A stretch of DNA of 64,000 nucleotides from an uncultured Pseudomonadales bacterium (lineage in GTDB: Bacteria; Patescibacteriota; Microgenomatia; UBA1400; UBA12028), in NCBI GenBank assembly GCA_964509365.1, contig CAZDWN010000003.1, positions 134,412-198,411 of the forward strand. The letters run 5' to 3'. A program made the translations under genes and the position numbers. Numbering within the stretch: position 1 is the first letter of the stretch; every line of letters begins with the position of its first letter. Shown piece after piece: positions 45,308 through 55,856 of this stretch. Below the pieces are notes generated by a model. It was not told the DNA's origin. It made no database searches and saw only the letters and a list, made by a program, of their open reading frames with translations.

Positions 45308-46078
45308 ATGGTACTCTTTGCACGTCTGTTTCTAGCCCTCGGTTTGGTCAGTTTGGTCTACGCCCAGAGCCCAAATGTGGCCATTTATACCGATCAATAT
45401 CGCCAACAACTCGAGAAGTATCGACTTCAGTCCGATTCGACTTCTATTGCCATCACCCAATACACCAACCTCAAAACATTGGCCGCTCAGGAGGAGGCGG
45501 TGAAGAGCATGCGTGACTTTCTGCTGATCCGAGCTGATGTCATCACCACGCATCTCAACCTCCTAAACGAAGTATTGGCTGATCGACAAAGCCTGGACGG
45601 AGCCTGGGTCGCTAGCGGGTCGGCGCTCCTGGCTCAGCAAAAAGCCGATATTGCGTCTCACCGTGCTCGAAGTGACATAGCAGTTGATCGTATCAAGGCT
45701 GACCAAGAAGCACTTTGGTTTCAGACGAATCAGAAACCGCTCCTTTTGAGTGCTGATCGAGCCCAGAGTCTCATTGGAATCGGTCGAGTCGGAGAGTCGA
45801 TTATGGCGTTGGAAACGATCAAAAGCCATGTCGACACCTGGATCGCAGATACAGCCATGAGTGAGACGAGCAGAGTGGAAAAGCGCCGAGGGAGTGATGA
45901 ACTGGGTCGGACAATCCAATCTGCAAAGCAAAATCTAGATGATGCAAAGCAAGTGTATGCCGATGCAGATCGAAATTCGAGTTCAGCACTCAATTATGAG
46001 CAAATTCGTCCAAAGTTGCTGAGCGCGTATACGAATGTCATTCGAGGCGTCGGATTTGCAAAGGAGCTGACACAATGA
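45308..46078 (+). CDS. secreted hypothetical protein
   Basis: Signal peptide MVLFARLFLALGLVSLVYA; helical Gln/Ala-rich body. Confidence 0.4.
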   Translation: MVLFARLFLALGLVSLVYAQSPNVAIYTDQYRQQLEKYRLQSDSTSIAITQYTNLKTLAAQEEAVKSMRDFLLIRADVITTHLNLLNEVLADRQSLDGAWVASGSALLAQQKADIASHRARSDIAVDRIKADQEALWFQTNQKPLLLSADRAQSLIGIGRVGESIMALETIKSHVDTWIADTAMSETSRVEKRRGSDELGRTIQSAKQNLDDAKQVYADADRNSSSALNYEQIRPKLLSAYTNVIRGVGFAKELTQ

Positions 46079-46458
46079 GCGATACCATCAATCAAACCGA
46101 GTTTACTGAAAATGCACCGACTCAATCAGAACCGGTGACTCCTCAGATTCAGACCCCTCCGGATCTTCCGACAGCAAACGTCAAACGTTCGAAAAGTGCT
46201 CTTATTTTTGTAGTAGCGGGAGTTTTCATCATCATACTCGTGCTGGTAGGTGCACTGACCTATTCAAAAAGTCAAACTTCCACGGTCGATGTCACTCCAA
46301 CACCCAGTGCAAGTGAGGCTCCAGTAGAGACCAAAGGAATTCGAGATGAAATTGCTCCGTTTCTCAAGATAATTGAACAATCAAATCCTGAAGAAGACGA
46401 TCACCCGTTCCCGCCAGTCAACTTCGATGTGCGAATAAAAGATCCAAACAGTCGGTAA
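46075..46458 (+). CDS. membrane-anchored hypothetical protein
   Basis: ATGA overlap with the upstream gene; single TM helix. Confidence 0.35.
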   Translation: MSDTINQTEFTENAPTQSEPVTPQIQTPPDLPTANVKRSKSALIFVVAGVFIIILVLVGALTYSKSQTSTVDVTPTPSASEAPVETKGIRDEIAPFLKIIEQSNPEEDDHPFPPVNFDVRIKDPNSR

Positions 46459-46489
46459 TACGGAGATTTCTTGATACAATACTACCTTC

Positions 46490-47245
46490 ATGGCTACTTT
46501 ACCGTTAATCATCGCTCACCGAGGTGCTTCGCAAGATGCTTCTGAAAATACCCCCGAATCGATCCAGTTGGCGGTCAGTCAGGGCGCAGACATGGTTGAG
46601 ATGGATGTACGCATTACAAAAGATCAGATTCTCGTGCTCAATCATGATGATCGATTGAAGATGTTTCGACCAACGATCAAAATCAGTCAGTTCACCTATG
46701 ACGAGCTGGTGCAAAAAGGATTTGTCCTCCCTAGACTCATCGATATCTTGGATGAACTTCCCAAGCGAGTGCTCATCAATTTGGATCTCAAAGACTCCAC
46801 CATGGATTTGGCATTAGCGCGCGTGCTCACAAATAAAAAAATCGAAGGACGGATTGTCTTTGATTCAAATAACCTCGCTTTGCTGAATCGATACTCCATT
46901 CATTTCCCAAACTCGCTGCAATCGTACAGCACAGGGACTACTTACAACCCACTCAATATTCTCGACACGTTTTTTGGCCGTATGATGCTGTTCTTGGCGA
47001 CGAGTTTGCTCTCGTATCCAGCGAGATTTATGGCCAAGCGCCGCGTCAATCGATTGTTACCAGAATACGTCTCTCTTCATTCTCGATTTTGCTCAGCACA
47101 AGATGTCGACTTCTATCACTCGTTGGGAGTAAAAGTCTTGGTCTTTGTGGTGAACAAAGAAGAAAACATGAGAAAATTTATCGCCATGGGTGTCGACGGG
47201 ATAAAAACTGACAATCCAGCGTTACTGGCGACTATTTTGAAGTAA
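46490..47245 (+). CDS. glycerophosphodiester phosphodiesterase family protein
   Basis: LIIAHRGASQDASENTPESI...ADMVEMDVRITKDQILVLNHDD GDPD signature. Confidence 0.6.
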   Translation: MATLPLIIAHRGASQDASENTPESIQLAVSQGADMVEMDVRITKDQILVLNHDDRLKMFRPTIKISQFTYDELVQKGFVLPRLIDILDELPKRVLINLDLKDSTMDLALARVLTNKKIEGRIVFDSNNLALLNRYSIHFPNSLQSYSTGTTYNPLNILDTFFGRMMLFLATSLLSYPARFMAKRRVNRLLPEYVSLHSRFCSAQDVDFYHSLGVKVLVFVVNKEENMRKFIAMGVDGIKTDNPALLATILK

Positions 47246-47849
47246 TGCCTTTGATGGCGTCACCGATCGCTACTTTTTTCGCAATATCCAAACCTTTGAT
47301 CACTTTTCCAAAGTTGGTGTACTGTCCATCGAGCCATCCACAATCAGCGGTACAGATAAAGAACTGACTGTCATTGCTGACTTTGATGTCACCACCGCGA
47401 GCGACGCCGAGACTTCCATCCACAAATGGGACGTCATTGAGTTCGGTTGTCATCTTGCCACCGCCTGTGCCGTTCCCAAGTGGATCACCACCTTGGATCA
47501 CCCAGTCTTCGACGCGATGGAATTTCAAACCTTTGTAGTAGCCTGAGGCAGCTTTATCTAGGAAGTTCTTTACAGTATTTGGAGCTTTTTCAGGATAGAG
47601 TTCGACTTCGATAATCCCTTTGTCGGTCTCGATTTGAGCGATTGGTTTTGATTGATCCATAGTTTTTCCTTTACTAGTTGTGGTTGGTTTTGCTGATGCA
47701 GTCGAGATAGGAGTCGCCGATGACGTTGCGACTGGTGTGGCTGAACCGTAGAGGTCAGCCGCTGGCATATTTTCGTCCTGTGTCGGCGCACAGGCAGACA
47801 GCAAGATCGTGGAGGCGAAGAGGAGTGTGATGAGAGATGTGCGTTTCAT
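47232..47849 (-). CDS. cyclophilin-type peptidyl-prolyl cis-trans isomerase, lipoprotein
   Basis: Lipobox LLSAC after the internal start MKRTSLITLLF. GIIEVELYPEKAPNTVKNF...GKMTTELNDVPFV...FFICTA cyclophilin motifs. Confidence 0.7.
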   Translation of the reverse strand: MKRTSLITLLFASTILLSACAPTQDENMPAADLYGSATPVATSSATPISTASAKPTTTSKGKTMDQSKPIAQIETDKGIIEVELYPEKAPNTVKNFLDKAASGYYKGLKFHRVEDWVIQGGDPLGNGTGGGKMTTELNDVPFVDGSLGVARGGDIKVSNDSQFFICTADCGWLDGQYTNFGKVIKGLDIAKKVAIGDAIKGITSK

Positions 47850-47855
47850 AAGATC

Positions 47856-48641
47856 ATGAGTATAATTGATTCCATGCCTATTATTCAAGTCGCAGGACTG
47901 GCTACAAATTACGAGCGGATTGGCAGCGGTCCAGCACTCGTACTTTTGCACGGGTGGGCAAACGCTTGGGAAGCTTGGCTTCCAGTGATTCCCTATCTTT
48001 CAGACCACTTCACACTCATCATGCCAGATCTTCCTGGGTGCGGCGCGACGCAGACGCCGAAGGTGGGTTGGTCCACACCTCAGCATGCCAAGTGGCTACA
48101 TGATTTTCTCACTCAACTGACGTCTCTTGACTCTAGTCTCTTGTCTCTTTCGCTCGTAGGTCATTCATATGGTGGGAAAATTCTTCTCGAGTACTGCAGT
48201 GGTAACTATGGCTTGCAGCCAAAAAAAATTGTATTGATCGATGCCTCAGGTATCCCAGCGGTGCTCAACAAAAAGCAGCAAACGTTGGCCAAGTTGGCAG
48301 CATTGACGCCGAGTTTCCTCAAAAGCAAACTCAACGCAAAGATGCGTTCGACACTTTACGAACAATTTGGTGCTGATAGCGACTATATCAGTGCAAATGC
48401 ATTCCAATCGAAGACTTTGCAGTTGGTGTTGAAGGAAGATTACACTGGGAATCTGGCGCATATTCAGCAACAGGCCCTGTTGCTCTGGGGTAAGAGTGAT
48501 GACGCGACTCCACTTTGGCAGGCGGAATCCATGCATCAGTTGATCCCTCAAAACAAGTTGGTGACCTCTGATGCGGGACATTTTCCCCACCATACGCATC
48601 CGAAAGAAGTTTCAGATGAGATAATCAGATTTCTTCTATGA
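47856..48641 (+). CDS. alpha/beta-fold hydrolase
   Basis: ALVLLHGW oxyanion region and GHSYGG nucleophile elbow. Confidence 0.55.
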   Translation: MSIIDSMPIIQVAGLATNYERIGSGPALVLLHGWANAWEAWLPVIPYLSDHFTLIMPDLPGCGATQTPKVGWSTPQHAKWLHDFLTQLTSLDSSLLSLSLVGHSYGGKILLEYCSGNYGLQPKKIVLIDASGIPAVLNKKQQTLAKLAALTPSFLKSKLNAKMRSTLYEQFGADSDYISANAFQSKTLQLVLKEDYTGNLAHIQQQALLLWGKSDDATPLWQAESMHQLIPQNKLVTSDAGHFPHHTHPKEVSDEIIRFLL

Positions 48642-49876
48642 TAACTTTAGAGACCAAATTAGCGATCCTGCAGCAATGTGAGTATGAGTGGCCACGGTAC
48701 CAAAAGTGGCTTACCGAAAATTCAGCGTCAGCGGTAGTAGTGAAGCCCAAAAAATGGACCACAAAATTAAAACTGCTCAAAGCTCTTGCTCCATTCTTGA
48801 CACTGCACGGTGCTTTGAACCTTCTTGTGTTGCCTCAATATTTGATTATTGGTTCATTGGTCTTGGCAGCAACAATCAAATTACGCTATTTGCAGTCAAA
48901 AGGCCTCATCGTCGTCGCGATCGCAGGATCGTATGCCAAAACGTCGACGAAATACATCGCTACGCATCTGCTCCAAGGATCCAAACGAGTGGTGATGACT
49001 CCAGAAAATATCAATACGCCGATCGGAATCGCCAGATTTATCTTGAATCGACTCACTGGAAGCGATGAAGTTTTTATCGCAGAGCTCGGTGAGTACTATC
49101 CTGGTGATATAGCCAGTCTTGTCAGATTTCTGTCTCCTGATTTTAAAATTTTGACGCCAGTCGGTTACGCTCATCTCGAACGGTTTGGCAGTGAGTCCGC
49201 ACTCAAAGATGGCTTGCAAGAATTGGTGACTACGCAACCTCACAAAGGCAAATCGTTTGTCTTTGGGTCGGAGTACGATGAGTCAAAGCTCACGAACGTA
49301 TCTGTCACTCGTGCAGGGACTGAATTTGAGTATCAAGGAAATAGGTATTTTATTCCATTGTTTGGGACTCACAACGCAGTGAACAGTTTGCCTGGACTTT
49401 GGCTCGCAAACGAGCTGGGTATCGATGCGAAAACTTCACAATCTCGACTTTCCTCGGTCAACTATGTACCGCATCGATTGGAGCCGACGCAACTTGAGCA
49501 TAATATTCTCTTGCTTGATAACGGCTACAACTCAAATCCCGCCAGCGCTCGTGAGTCACTCGCTGTGCTCAAAGCACTCGATTCGCCTCAAAAAATTGTC
49601 AGCACACCGGGGTTTATTGAACTCGGTCCGACACAAGACACTGAAAACGAGTCACTTGGGAAGGAAATTGCGGATGTAGCTGATCTCTGTATCGTGATCA
49701 AGAGTGTGAACGCCCAAGCAATCAAGCGAGGATTGGTGTCAGGTGGATTTACGAAAGATCAGATCATCGAAGCCAGCGGTGAAGAAGAAGGGATGAACCT
49801 CGTCTCAAGTCTCACCAAACCGTCAGCAATTATTCTCTTTGAAAATTCCGTCCCTGAGCTCTACAAAAAAGCTTAA
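48638..49876 (+). CDS. Mur ligase family protein (MurF-like), with N-terminal membrane segment
   Basis: P-loop-like VAIAGSYAKTSTK and the Mur ligase middle/C-terminal domain layout. Confidence 0.5.
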   Translation: MITLETKLAILQQCEYEWPRYQKWLTENSASAVVVKPKKWTTKLKLLKALAPFLTLHGALNLLVLPQYLIIGSLVLAATIKLRYLQSKGLIVVAIAGSYAKTSTKYIATHLLQGSKRVVMTPENINTPIGIARFILNRLTGSDEVFIAELGEYYPGDIASLVRFLSPDFKILTPVGYAHLERFGSESALKDGLQELVTTQPHKGKSFVFGSEYDESKLTNVSVTRAGTEFEYQGNRYFIPLFGTHNAVNSLPGLWLANELGIDAKTSQSRLSSVNYVPHRLEPTQLEHNILLLDNGYNSNPASARESLAVLKALDSPQKIVSTPGFIELGPTQDTENESLGKEIADVADLCIVIKSVNAQAIKRGLVSGGFTKDQIIEASGEEEGMNLVSSLTKPSAIILFENSVPELYKKA

Positions 49877-51345
49877 AATATTTGCTTGCGCTCGATGCGA
49901 TACGTCTTGATCGCTTGGAGGAAAATAGCGGGACTTTCTTTGACGAGCAATCGTTGGAATTCTTGATAGTTGAGCTTGCGTTCTTCTTTGTCCGTCGCCT
50001 TTCTTCCGTCCTCAAGAAGTTTATCGACTCTCGCATTTTTGTAATGAGTAAAGTTGGTCGATTGCGTCGAATGCCAGAGCGAGTATTGGTCCGGGTCAAT
50101 CGGAATTTGTTGACCAATGAGTAAGACTTGATAGTCTGAGAGGTCTGGTGTATTGCGAATGCGAATGTTGACTTTGATGCCGATTTGATCGCAATTTGAC
50201 GTCGTTTTTTCTTGAATACATTGTGCTTGTGCGGTCGCCCCGAGGTCTTCCCAACTCTTTGCGATCACTTGCGCTTGCTCACTATACGTAGGGATCGTCG
50301 TCAGCTCGATCGTCAGTGGTGTAAACACGTTCGCTTTCAGATAGTCTTCCGACGCCAATTTCATATCTTGCTCAAAGGGGTCAAGGTCTTCGATATTCCC
50401 GACATACGCCCACGATTTTTTGTGTATCGGTGAGAGAATTCGATCATTACCCTGAGGTTTTTGGATCGCGAGGTTAAGCGCCTGGCGCAACTGTTTGTTG
50501 GTGTACGGATGATCGTCACCAACTTGAAATGCAAAATTGAAAAAGACACCAACGTACTGATCTGTCCGAGCGTTGATTCGTTTGGTGACGTTTGACCACG
50601 ATGAGAGATCTTCAAGATTTTGCATGTCCTCGAGAATATCCACTTCTCCAAGTTTAAATGCGATAACGGCATCATGCTCTGTCGGGTAAAAGCGATAAAT
50701 CTTGCGATCTTTTACGGAATCGAGTGTCAGCTCCTGAATGCCAGTCCCTTTATAGACGATATCGGTGATCGTGTACTGACCAAGCCCATAGATGAGTGTT
50801 TTTGATCGAGAGAAAATAGAATTATTTTTCACTTGTTTGAAGAGTGGTTGCGAGACCACCGTGGGGAACGATGAAGGGAGGAATGACTCTTGTGTCCCAT
50901 TGTCATCCTTCGATTTCGACTGCAATTTGAAGACGACATCGTTGGGTGAACGGACGATATCAATATCAGAGAAGTTGTAATTGACGTCTTGCGGCGTGAC
51001 CGTTTGACCATCTTGCCAGGTTATGGTGTTTTTGAGAGTGAAGCGATACGTCTTGCCATCTTCCTCTGGGCCAAATGTACTGGCCAGGCCAGGGACACTT
51101 TGACCGTCATCAGCGACCTTCGTGAGTCCATAACTGACTGATTCTTGGATATCACGAGGCAGTCGCGAAAGCGGGAAGTTACCGACTCTTCCGATGTATT
51201 GAGTGGGTTTGCCGAACGGGACGATGGTGAGCAAACTCGGGAGAATGACCATCATGGCGATGCCGCCGATGATACTGACTGCGATGACAGTCTTATATTT
51301 CTTTAAAAAACCTTGCGCGTACCAGACGTAGCGTTGTCTCGACAT
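49873..51345 (-). CDS. ABC transporter substrate-binding protein, family 5 (peptide/nickel-type)
   Basis: Internal start MSRQRY followed by a TM/signal-anchor; SBP_bac_5-like length and motifs. The 111-codon upstream extension is rejected. Confidence 0.55.
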   Translation of the reverse strand: MSRQRYVWYAQGFLKKYKTVIAVSIIGGIAMMVILPSLLTIVPFGKPTQYIGRVGNFPLSRLPRDIQESVSYGLTKVADDGQSVPGLASTFGPEEDGKTYRFTLKNTITWQDGQTVTPQDVNYNFSDIDIVRSPNDVVFKLQSKSKDDNGTQESFLPSSFPTVVSQPLFKQVKNNSIFSRSKTLIYGLGQYTITDIVYKGTGIQELTLDSVKDRKIYRFYPTEHDAVIAFKLGEVDILEDMQNLEDLSSWSNVTKRINARTDQYVGVFFNFAFQVGDDHPYTNKQLRQALNLAIQKPQGNDRILSPIHKKSWAYVGNIEDLDPFEQDMKLASEDYLKANVFTPLTIELTTIPTYSEQAQVIAKSWEDLGATAQAQCIQEKTTSNCDQIGIKVNIRIRNTPDLSDYQVLLIGQQIPIDPDQYSLWHSTQSTNFTHYKNARVDKLLEDGRKATDKEERKLNYQEFQRLLVKESPAIFLQAIKTYRIERKQIF

Positions 51346-51368
51346 AATGCTTGATACTAGTACCTCAA

Positions 51369-51593
51369 TTACGAGAGGATGACGGTTAGGAGCGAAATAA
51401 TAAGAAACAGCACTGCGAGCACGATTGTCGACGCAAACAATGTCTTTTCGACTCCACGCTTCGTGTGGTAACTTTCTCCGCCTCCACCCCAAGTAGACCC
51501 AAGTCCGGCACCTTGTGCTTGCAGGAGAATTGTCGCGATGAGCAGTAAAGAGATGATGATCTGTCCTGATAACAGAACTGAAGAGAGATTCAT
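51369..51593 (-). CDS. secG: preprotein translocase subunit SecG
   Basis: 74 aa, two TM helices, LLQAQGAGLGSTWGGGGESYHTKRG motif. Confidence 0.65.
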   Translation of the reverse strand: MNLSSVLLSGQIIISLLLIATILLQAQGAGLGSTWGGGGESYHTKRGVEKTLFASTIVLAVLFLIISLLTVILS

Positions 51594-51604
51594 GATGGCA
51601 ATAT

Positions 51605-51621
51605 TGTATCATATCGATACA
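51605..51621. promoter_or_regulatory. palindromic operator-like site TGTATC-N5-GATACA in the secG / tatD divergent intergenic region
   Basis: Perfect 6-bp inverted repeat arms with a 5-nt spacer. Confidence 0.25.
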
Positions 51622-51657
51622 GGGTAAAAGGCAAAGGGAAAAGGGAAATGCATCACT

Positions 51658-52452
51658 ATGATTGACACTCACACTCACTTAAATATTGATCCACTTTTCG
51701 AAGAAAGTGACTCGTATATACAGAATGCGCTTACTTTGGGTGTCACGAGGATGATGATCGTGGGAGTGAATCTGGAATCGAGTAAAAAGGCGATTGAGCT
51801 TGCACACAAACATCCAGAGCTGTGGGCAGCAGTGGGAGTACATCCAGAGGAAGCAGGTGATCAGGCGATCAGGAGATCAGTGGGATCAGAGCTGGAAAAA
51901 CTTATTCAATCAGGAAAAGTATCGGCTATTGGTGAATGTGGGTTAGATTACTCAGGGGATGTCGACCATGACGCTCAAAAAGAGTTTTTTGTGATGCAGG
52001 CACAGCTCGCTGCCGATCATGACTTGCCACTACTCATTCATTGTCGCAATACACGGCGAAATGACGAAGTCGTCCCGTATAGTGCGTACGATGAGCTGCT
52101 CGTACTTTTGCGATCGCTGCCCAAACTCCCTCGATTTGTCTTGCACTGCGCTTCTGGTCCAGTCTCTTATGTGCAAGCAGCACTTGAGATGGGGGCGTAT
52201 GTCAGTTTTGCAGGTAATGTCACCTATCCCAATGCCAGCTCGATCCGCGATCTTCTGAAGATCACTCCACTCGATCGCTTGCTCGTCGAGACCGATGCTC
52301 CATTTTTATCTCCCCAGTCCAAGCGTGGGAGTCAAAATGAGCCTGCCAATGTCATCGAGACTGGGGAATTTGTAGCAAATTTTTTGGGAATGAGTTTTGA
52401 AGAAATAGACAGCATCACCACCGAAAATGCACTGAAACTGTTTTCCAGATAG
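51658..52452 (+). CDS. tatD: TatD family metal-dependent hydrolase
   Basis: MIDTHTHLN N-terminus and conserved His/Glu/Asp metal ligands. Confidence 0.75.
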   Translation: MIDTHTHLNIDPLFEESDSYIQNALTLGVTRMMIVGVNLESSKKAIELAHKHPELWAAVGVHPEEAGDQAIRRSVGSELEKLIQSGKVSAIGECGLDYSGDVDHDAQKEFFVMQAQLAADHDLPLLIHCRNTRRNDEVVPYSAYDELLVLLRSLPKLPRFVLHCASGPVSYVQAALEMGAYVSFAGNVTYPNASSIRDLLKITPLDRLLVETDAPFLSPQSKRGSQNEPANVIETGEFVANFLGMSFEEIDSITTENALKLFSR

Positions 52453-52467
52453 GATATACTACCTGTC

Positions 52468-53562
52468 ATGATTGCCTCAGAAGAAATCACCAAGCGCGAA
52501 GAACTCCACGAACGATTCCTGCGGATCCAAGAACGATTGAAGATCCCAGAAAAGCAGACGAGATTACTGGAAGTCAATAAACTCCAGGAAGATCCAAACC
52601 TGTGGAATGACCAGGAACAAGCAAAAAAAGTCAGTCAGGAACAAGTCAGATTGACCAAGTTTTTGGCGGATAACCAAAAGATCGTTCAAAGTTTTGAAGA
52701 TCTTCACAGTATTGAAGAGCTCGTGGCGACTATTGATGACGCAGGGCTTGAATCAGAGTACAAACAAAAAATTTCTCATCTGTCCAAAGAAGTTGATCAA
52801 GTCGAGATTCAAGTGTTTTTATCGGGTACCTACGATGATCATGATGCAATCTTGACGATTCATGCAGGGCAAGGGGGAGATGAAGCGAATGATTGGGCGA
52901 GTATGGTCCTGCGAATGTACCAACGATATTTTGAGCGAAAAGGTTGGTCGACGGAATTTGTCGACGAGTCACGTACTGATGCTGGGGTAAAATCCGCGAC
53001 CCTTATCGTCCACGGTGAGTTCGTGTACGGAATGCTCAAAAATGAAGCAGGCGCACATCGGTTGGTGCGTCTCTCTCCATTCAATGCTGATAGTTTGCGC
53101 CAGACATCGTTTGTCGGTGTCGAAGTCCTCCCACTGGTCAGTGATGATGATAAAACTATTGAGATCAATCCTGATGATTTGGAATGGGCGTTCACGCGAG
53201 CTGGTGGACATGGAGGTCAAAACGTCAACAAAGTAAACTCCGCAGTGATCCTCAAGCATATCCCGACGGGAATCATCGTCGAATGTAGACAAGAGCGCTA
53301 TCAAGAGCAAAACAAAAAGACCGCTCTCTCTATACTCAAATCCAAACTTGCATTGATGGAAGAAGAGAAGCGACGTGATGAACTCGCGAAAGTCAAAGGC
53401 GAGTACAAGATCGCAGGTTGGGGCAATCAAATCCGCAACTATGTCCTACATCCGTATCATCACGTCAAGGACACTCGTACAAAGATAGAGACGAGTGATA
53501 CCCAAGGTGTCTTGGACGGAGATTTAGATCTCTTCACCGAGTCATGTTTGCGGATGTTGTGA
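52468..53562 (+). CDS. prfB: peptide chain release factor 2
   Basis: SPF tripeptide (LSPFNADS), GGQ motif ([11 protein letters not shown]), 364 aa in one continuous frame. Confidence 0.8.
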   Translation: MIASEEITKREELHERFLRIQERLKIPEKQTRLLEVNKLQEDPNLWNDQEQAKKVSQEQVRLTKFLADNQKIVQSFEDLHSIEELVATIDDAGLESEYKQKISHLSKEVDQVEIQVFLSGTYDDHDAILTIHAGQGGDEANDWASMVLRMYQRYFERKGWSTEFVDESRTDAGVKSATLIVHGEFVYGMLKNEAGAHRLVRLSPFNADSLRQTSFVGVEVLPLVSDDDKTIEINPDDLEWAFTRAGGHGGQNVNKVNSAVILKHIPTGIIVECRQERYQEQNKKTALSILKSKLALMEEEKRRDELAKVKGEYKIAGWGNQIRNYVLHPYHHVKDTRTKIETSDTQGVLDGDLDLFTESCLRML

Positions 53563-53594
53563 GTGCGATAAAACATCTGTATACTTCTTGGTAT

Positions 53595-54194
53595 ATGTCT
53601 GACACTCCACAAGCACCTCTCAACTCCACCTGGCAACAAGGGACGACAGCTCCGCAGTCGACTGCTCCATTTGCCGCAAGTTTGAAAAAGGAAAACTCCA
53701 CTATGAAATCAAAAAAAATGTTTGTCCCGGCATTGGTAGGAGTGATCGTCCTCGGACTGGGTACTGGCTTGGTGGCAGCAAAAATGACTGCACCCGCTCA
53801 CGTGACGCAAGTCGAAGCGCCGAGTGATACCACAACTGCTGACTCAGCTGACACGAGTGCCGCAGCCGCTGTCAAAGTAGGCCAAGTCTTCGGTGCAAAA
53901 GACGCGACAGCATTCAAAGACAGTGTCGAAGGTGTGTTGGTCGCTGGTGGAATTGGTGGAGAAGGATCGCACCACATCATCAGACCGGGTGGTGATTCTC
54001 AAAGTGTGTATTTGACTTCTTCAGTTGTCGATCTCAAGCTATTCGAAGGTTCAAAAGTAAAGGTCTCGGGCGAGACGTTTAAGGGACAAAAAGCTGGTTG
54101 GCTCATGGACGTCGGTAGAGTCGAAGTCGAGCAGCTCAATGCTCCACTTCCAGACGGAGCCAAAGCACCTGCAGCCGCAGCTGGTGATGAGTAA
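53595..54194 (+). CDS. membrane-anchored hypothetical protein
   Basis: Start at the internal MSDTPQ to avoid prfB; single TM; Ala/Thr/Ser-rich. Confidence 0.35.
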   Translation: MSDTPQAPLNSTWQQGTTAPQSTAPFAASLKKENSTMKSKKMFVPALVGVIVLGLGTGLVAAKMTAPAHVTQVEAPSDTTTADSADTSAAAAVKVGQVFGAKDATAFKDSVEGVLVAGGIGGEGSHHIIRPGGDSQSVYLTSSVVDLKLFEGSKVKVSGETFKGQKAGWLMDVGRVEVEQLNAPLPDGAKAPAAAAGDE

Positions 54195-54236
54195 TTGCGC
54201 TTCACAATCTTCATGGTTTCCGGTACCATGGAGGCT

Positions 54237-54971
54237 ATGGTTTCTTTCAAGAACGTAGCGAAAAAATACGGTTCCCAAGTCATCTTTGAAGATGTTTCGT
54301 TTGATGTGAGTCCAGGCGAATTTGTGTTTGTGATCGGAAAATCCGGATCTGGGAAAACAACCCTCATGCGCATGTTGACGCAACAGACCGTCCCTGACGA
54401 CGGCGAGATCATCGTCGAGGATGTCAAAATCGGCAAACTTTCCAAAAGAGAAGTCCAAGATCTTCGTCGCCTCGTTGGCGTCATTTACCAAGACTACAAA
54501 CTATTGACTGAGCGAACCGTCGCAGAAAATATTGCCTTGGGGCTTGAGATTATCGGCAAATCAAAAGCAGAGATAGATTTACGTACGACTGATCTCCTCG
54601 GGCTCATCGGTCTTCCAGATAAAGCGAATGTCTTTCCAAATCAACTCTCAGGTGGTGAAGCGCAACGAGTCTGTATTGCCAGAGCACTTGCGACGGCACC
54701 TCGGATGCTCTTTGCCGATGAACCCACTGGAAACTTAGATGAGGAGACAGCTAGTTCTATCGTCAGGTTGCTTGCGAAAATAAATGAACTCGGGACGACG
54801 ATCCTCATGGCGACTCACAATCAAAATCTCGTTGAGAAAATTGAGAAGCGTGTCATCTCATTGGAAAATGGAAAAGCAGTAGAAAAAAGGAAATCAACTC
54901 AGCGGAAGTCTACTGAAAAAGCAACGAAAGAAACTGTGAAAGAAGAATCAGTCGGGAAAGAGGAGAAATAG
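54237..54971 (+). CDS. ftsE: cell division ATP-binding protein FtsE
   Basis: MVSFKNVAKKY aligns to the FtsE N-terminus. Walker A GKSGSGKTT, signature LSGGEAQR, Walker B LFADEPTGNLD. Confidence 0.75.
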   Translation: MVSFKNVAKKYGSQVIFEDVSFDVSPGEFVFVIGKSGSGKTTLMRMLTQQTVPDDGEIIVEDVKIGKLSKREVQDLRRLVGVIYQDYKLLTERTVAENIALGLEIIGKSKAEIDLRTTDLLGLIGLPDKANVFPNQLSGGEAQRVCIARALATAPRMLFADEPTGNLDEETASSIVRLLAKINELGTTILMATHNQNLVEKIEKRVISLENGKAVEKRKSTQRKSTEKATKETVKEESVGKEEK

Positions 54972-54974
54972 ACT

Positions 54975-55847
54975 ATGCCACGAGCACTCACCACAAGTCT
55001 CAAGACCATGCGACGTAGTCCATATCAGGCGTTGCTCGCAATCGTGATGATGTCACTCTCCTTCTTTGTCACTACAAATTTCTTGAGTGTCCTGTTTGTG
55101 GCCAATAAAGCGATCTCATATATAGAGACCCGACCACAAGTCATCGGCTATTTTGAAGTGAAAGCGACGGAAGAACAAATTCAAAAAGTGCGCGATGCGA
55201 TGGCCTCAAAAGCATATGTCGCAGAGACGAAATTTGTCAGTAAGGACGATGCTCTCAAAATCTTCAAGCAAGAAAATCAAAAAGATCCACTCCTCTCGGA
55301 GCTCGTGACCGCTGACATTTTGCCAGCGAGTGTCGAGGTGAGCGCAAAGACGGTGGGAGACCTTGAGACGATCAGTAACGATCTCAAGAAATTACCTGGT
55401 GTCGAAGAGGTGGTCTATCAAAAAGATATCATCCAAAACCTCTCACGGTGGACCAAGACGTTGCGTCAAAGCGCTGTGGTCGTCACGAGTGCTCTTTTTG
55501 CTATCACGTTACTGCTCGTCGTCGTCATCTTAAGCTTGCGTGTCGCCGTCAAACGCAAAGAAATTGGGATCATGAATCTTTTGGGAGCCAGCCGTTGGTA
55601 TATTCGTGCGCCATTCTTGATTGAGGGAATTCTGTATGGAGTCATCGGAGCATTCTTCGGTTGGGTTGGCGGTTTTATCGTCCTCCTCTATGCGACGCCC
55701 GCGATTGTCGGATTTTTTGGCTCCATTCCAGTGCTTCCCATTCCACCACTTTTTATGGCCGCGTCACTTGGCATTGAGTTAGCCATCGGACTGCTTCTGG
55801 GCCTGGTCTCAAGTTTTGTTGCGGTCGCTCGTTTTATAAAGCAATAA
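54975..55847 (+). CDS. ftsX: cell division permease FtsX
   Basis: Four TM helices with a large first extracellular loop, immediately downstream of ftsE. AGGAG RBS. Confidence 0.65.
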   Translation: MPRALTTSLKTMRRSPYQALLAIVMMSLSFFVTTNFLSVLFVANKAISYIETRPQVIGYFEVKATEEQIQKVRDAMASKAYVAETKFVSKDDALKIFKQENQKDPLLSELVTADILPASVEVSAKTVGDLETISNDLKKLPGVEEVVYQKDIIQNLSRWTKTLRQSAVVVTSALFAITLLLVVVILSLRVAVKRKEIGIMNLLGASRWYIRAPFLIEGILYGVIGAFFGWVGGFIVLLYATPAIVGFFGSIPVLPIPPLFMAASLGIELAIGLLLGLVSSFVAVARFIKQ

Positions 55848-55856
55848 AAAAAGTGT

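Noticed and set aside
52468-52560. Programmed +1 frameshift site in prfB
   Set aside because: The RF2 reading frame is continuous from its ATG with no early in-frame TGA.
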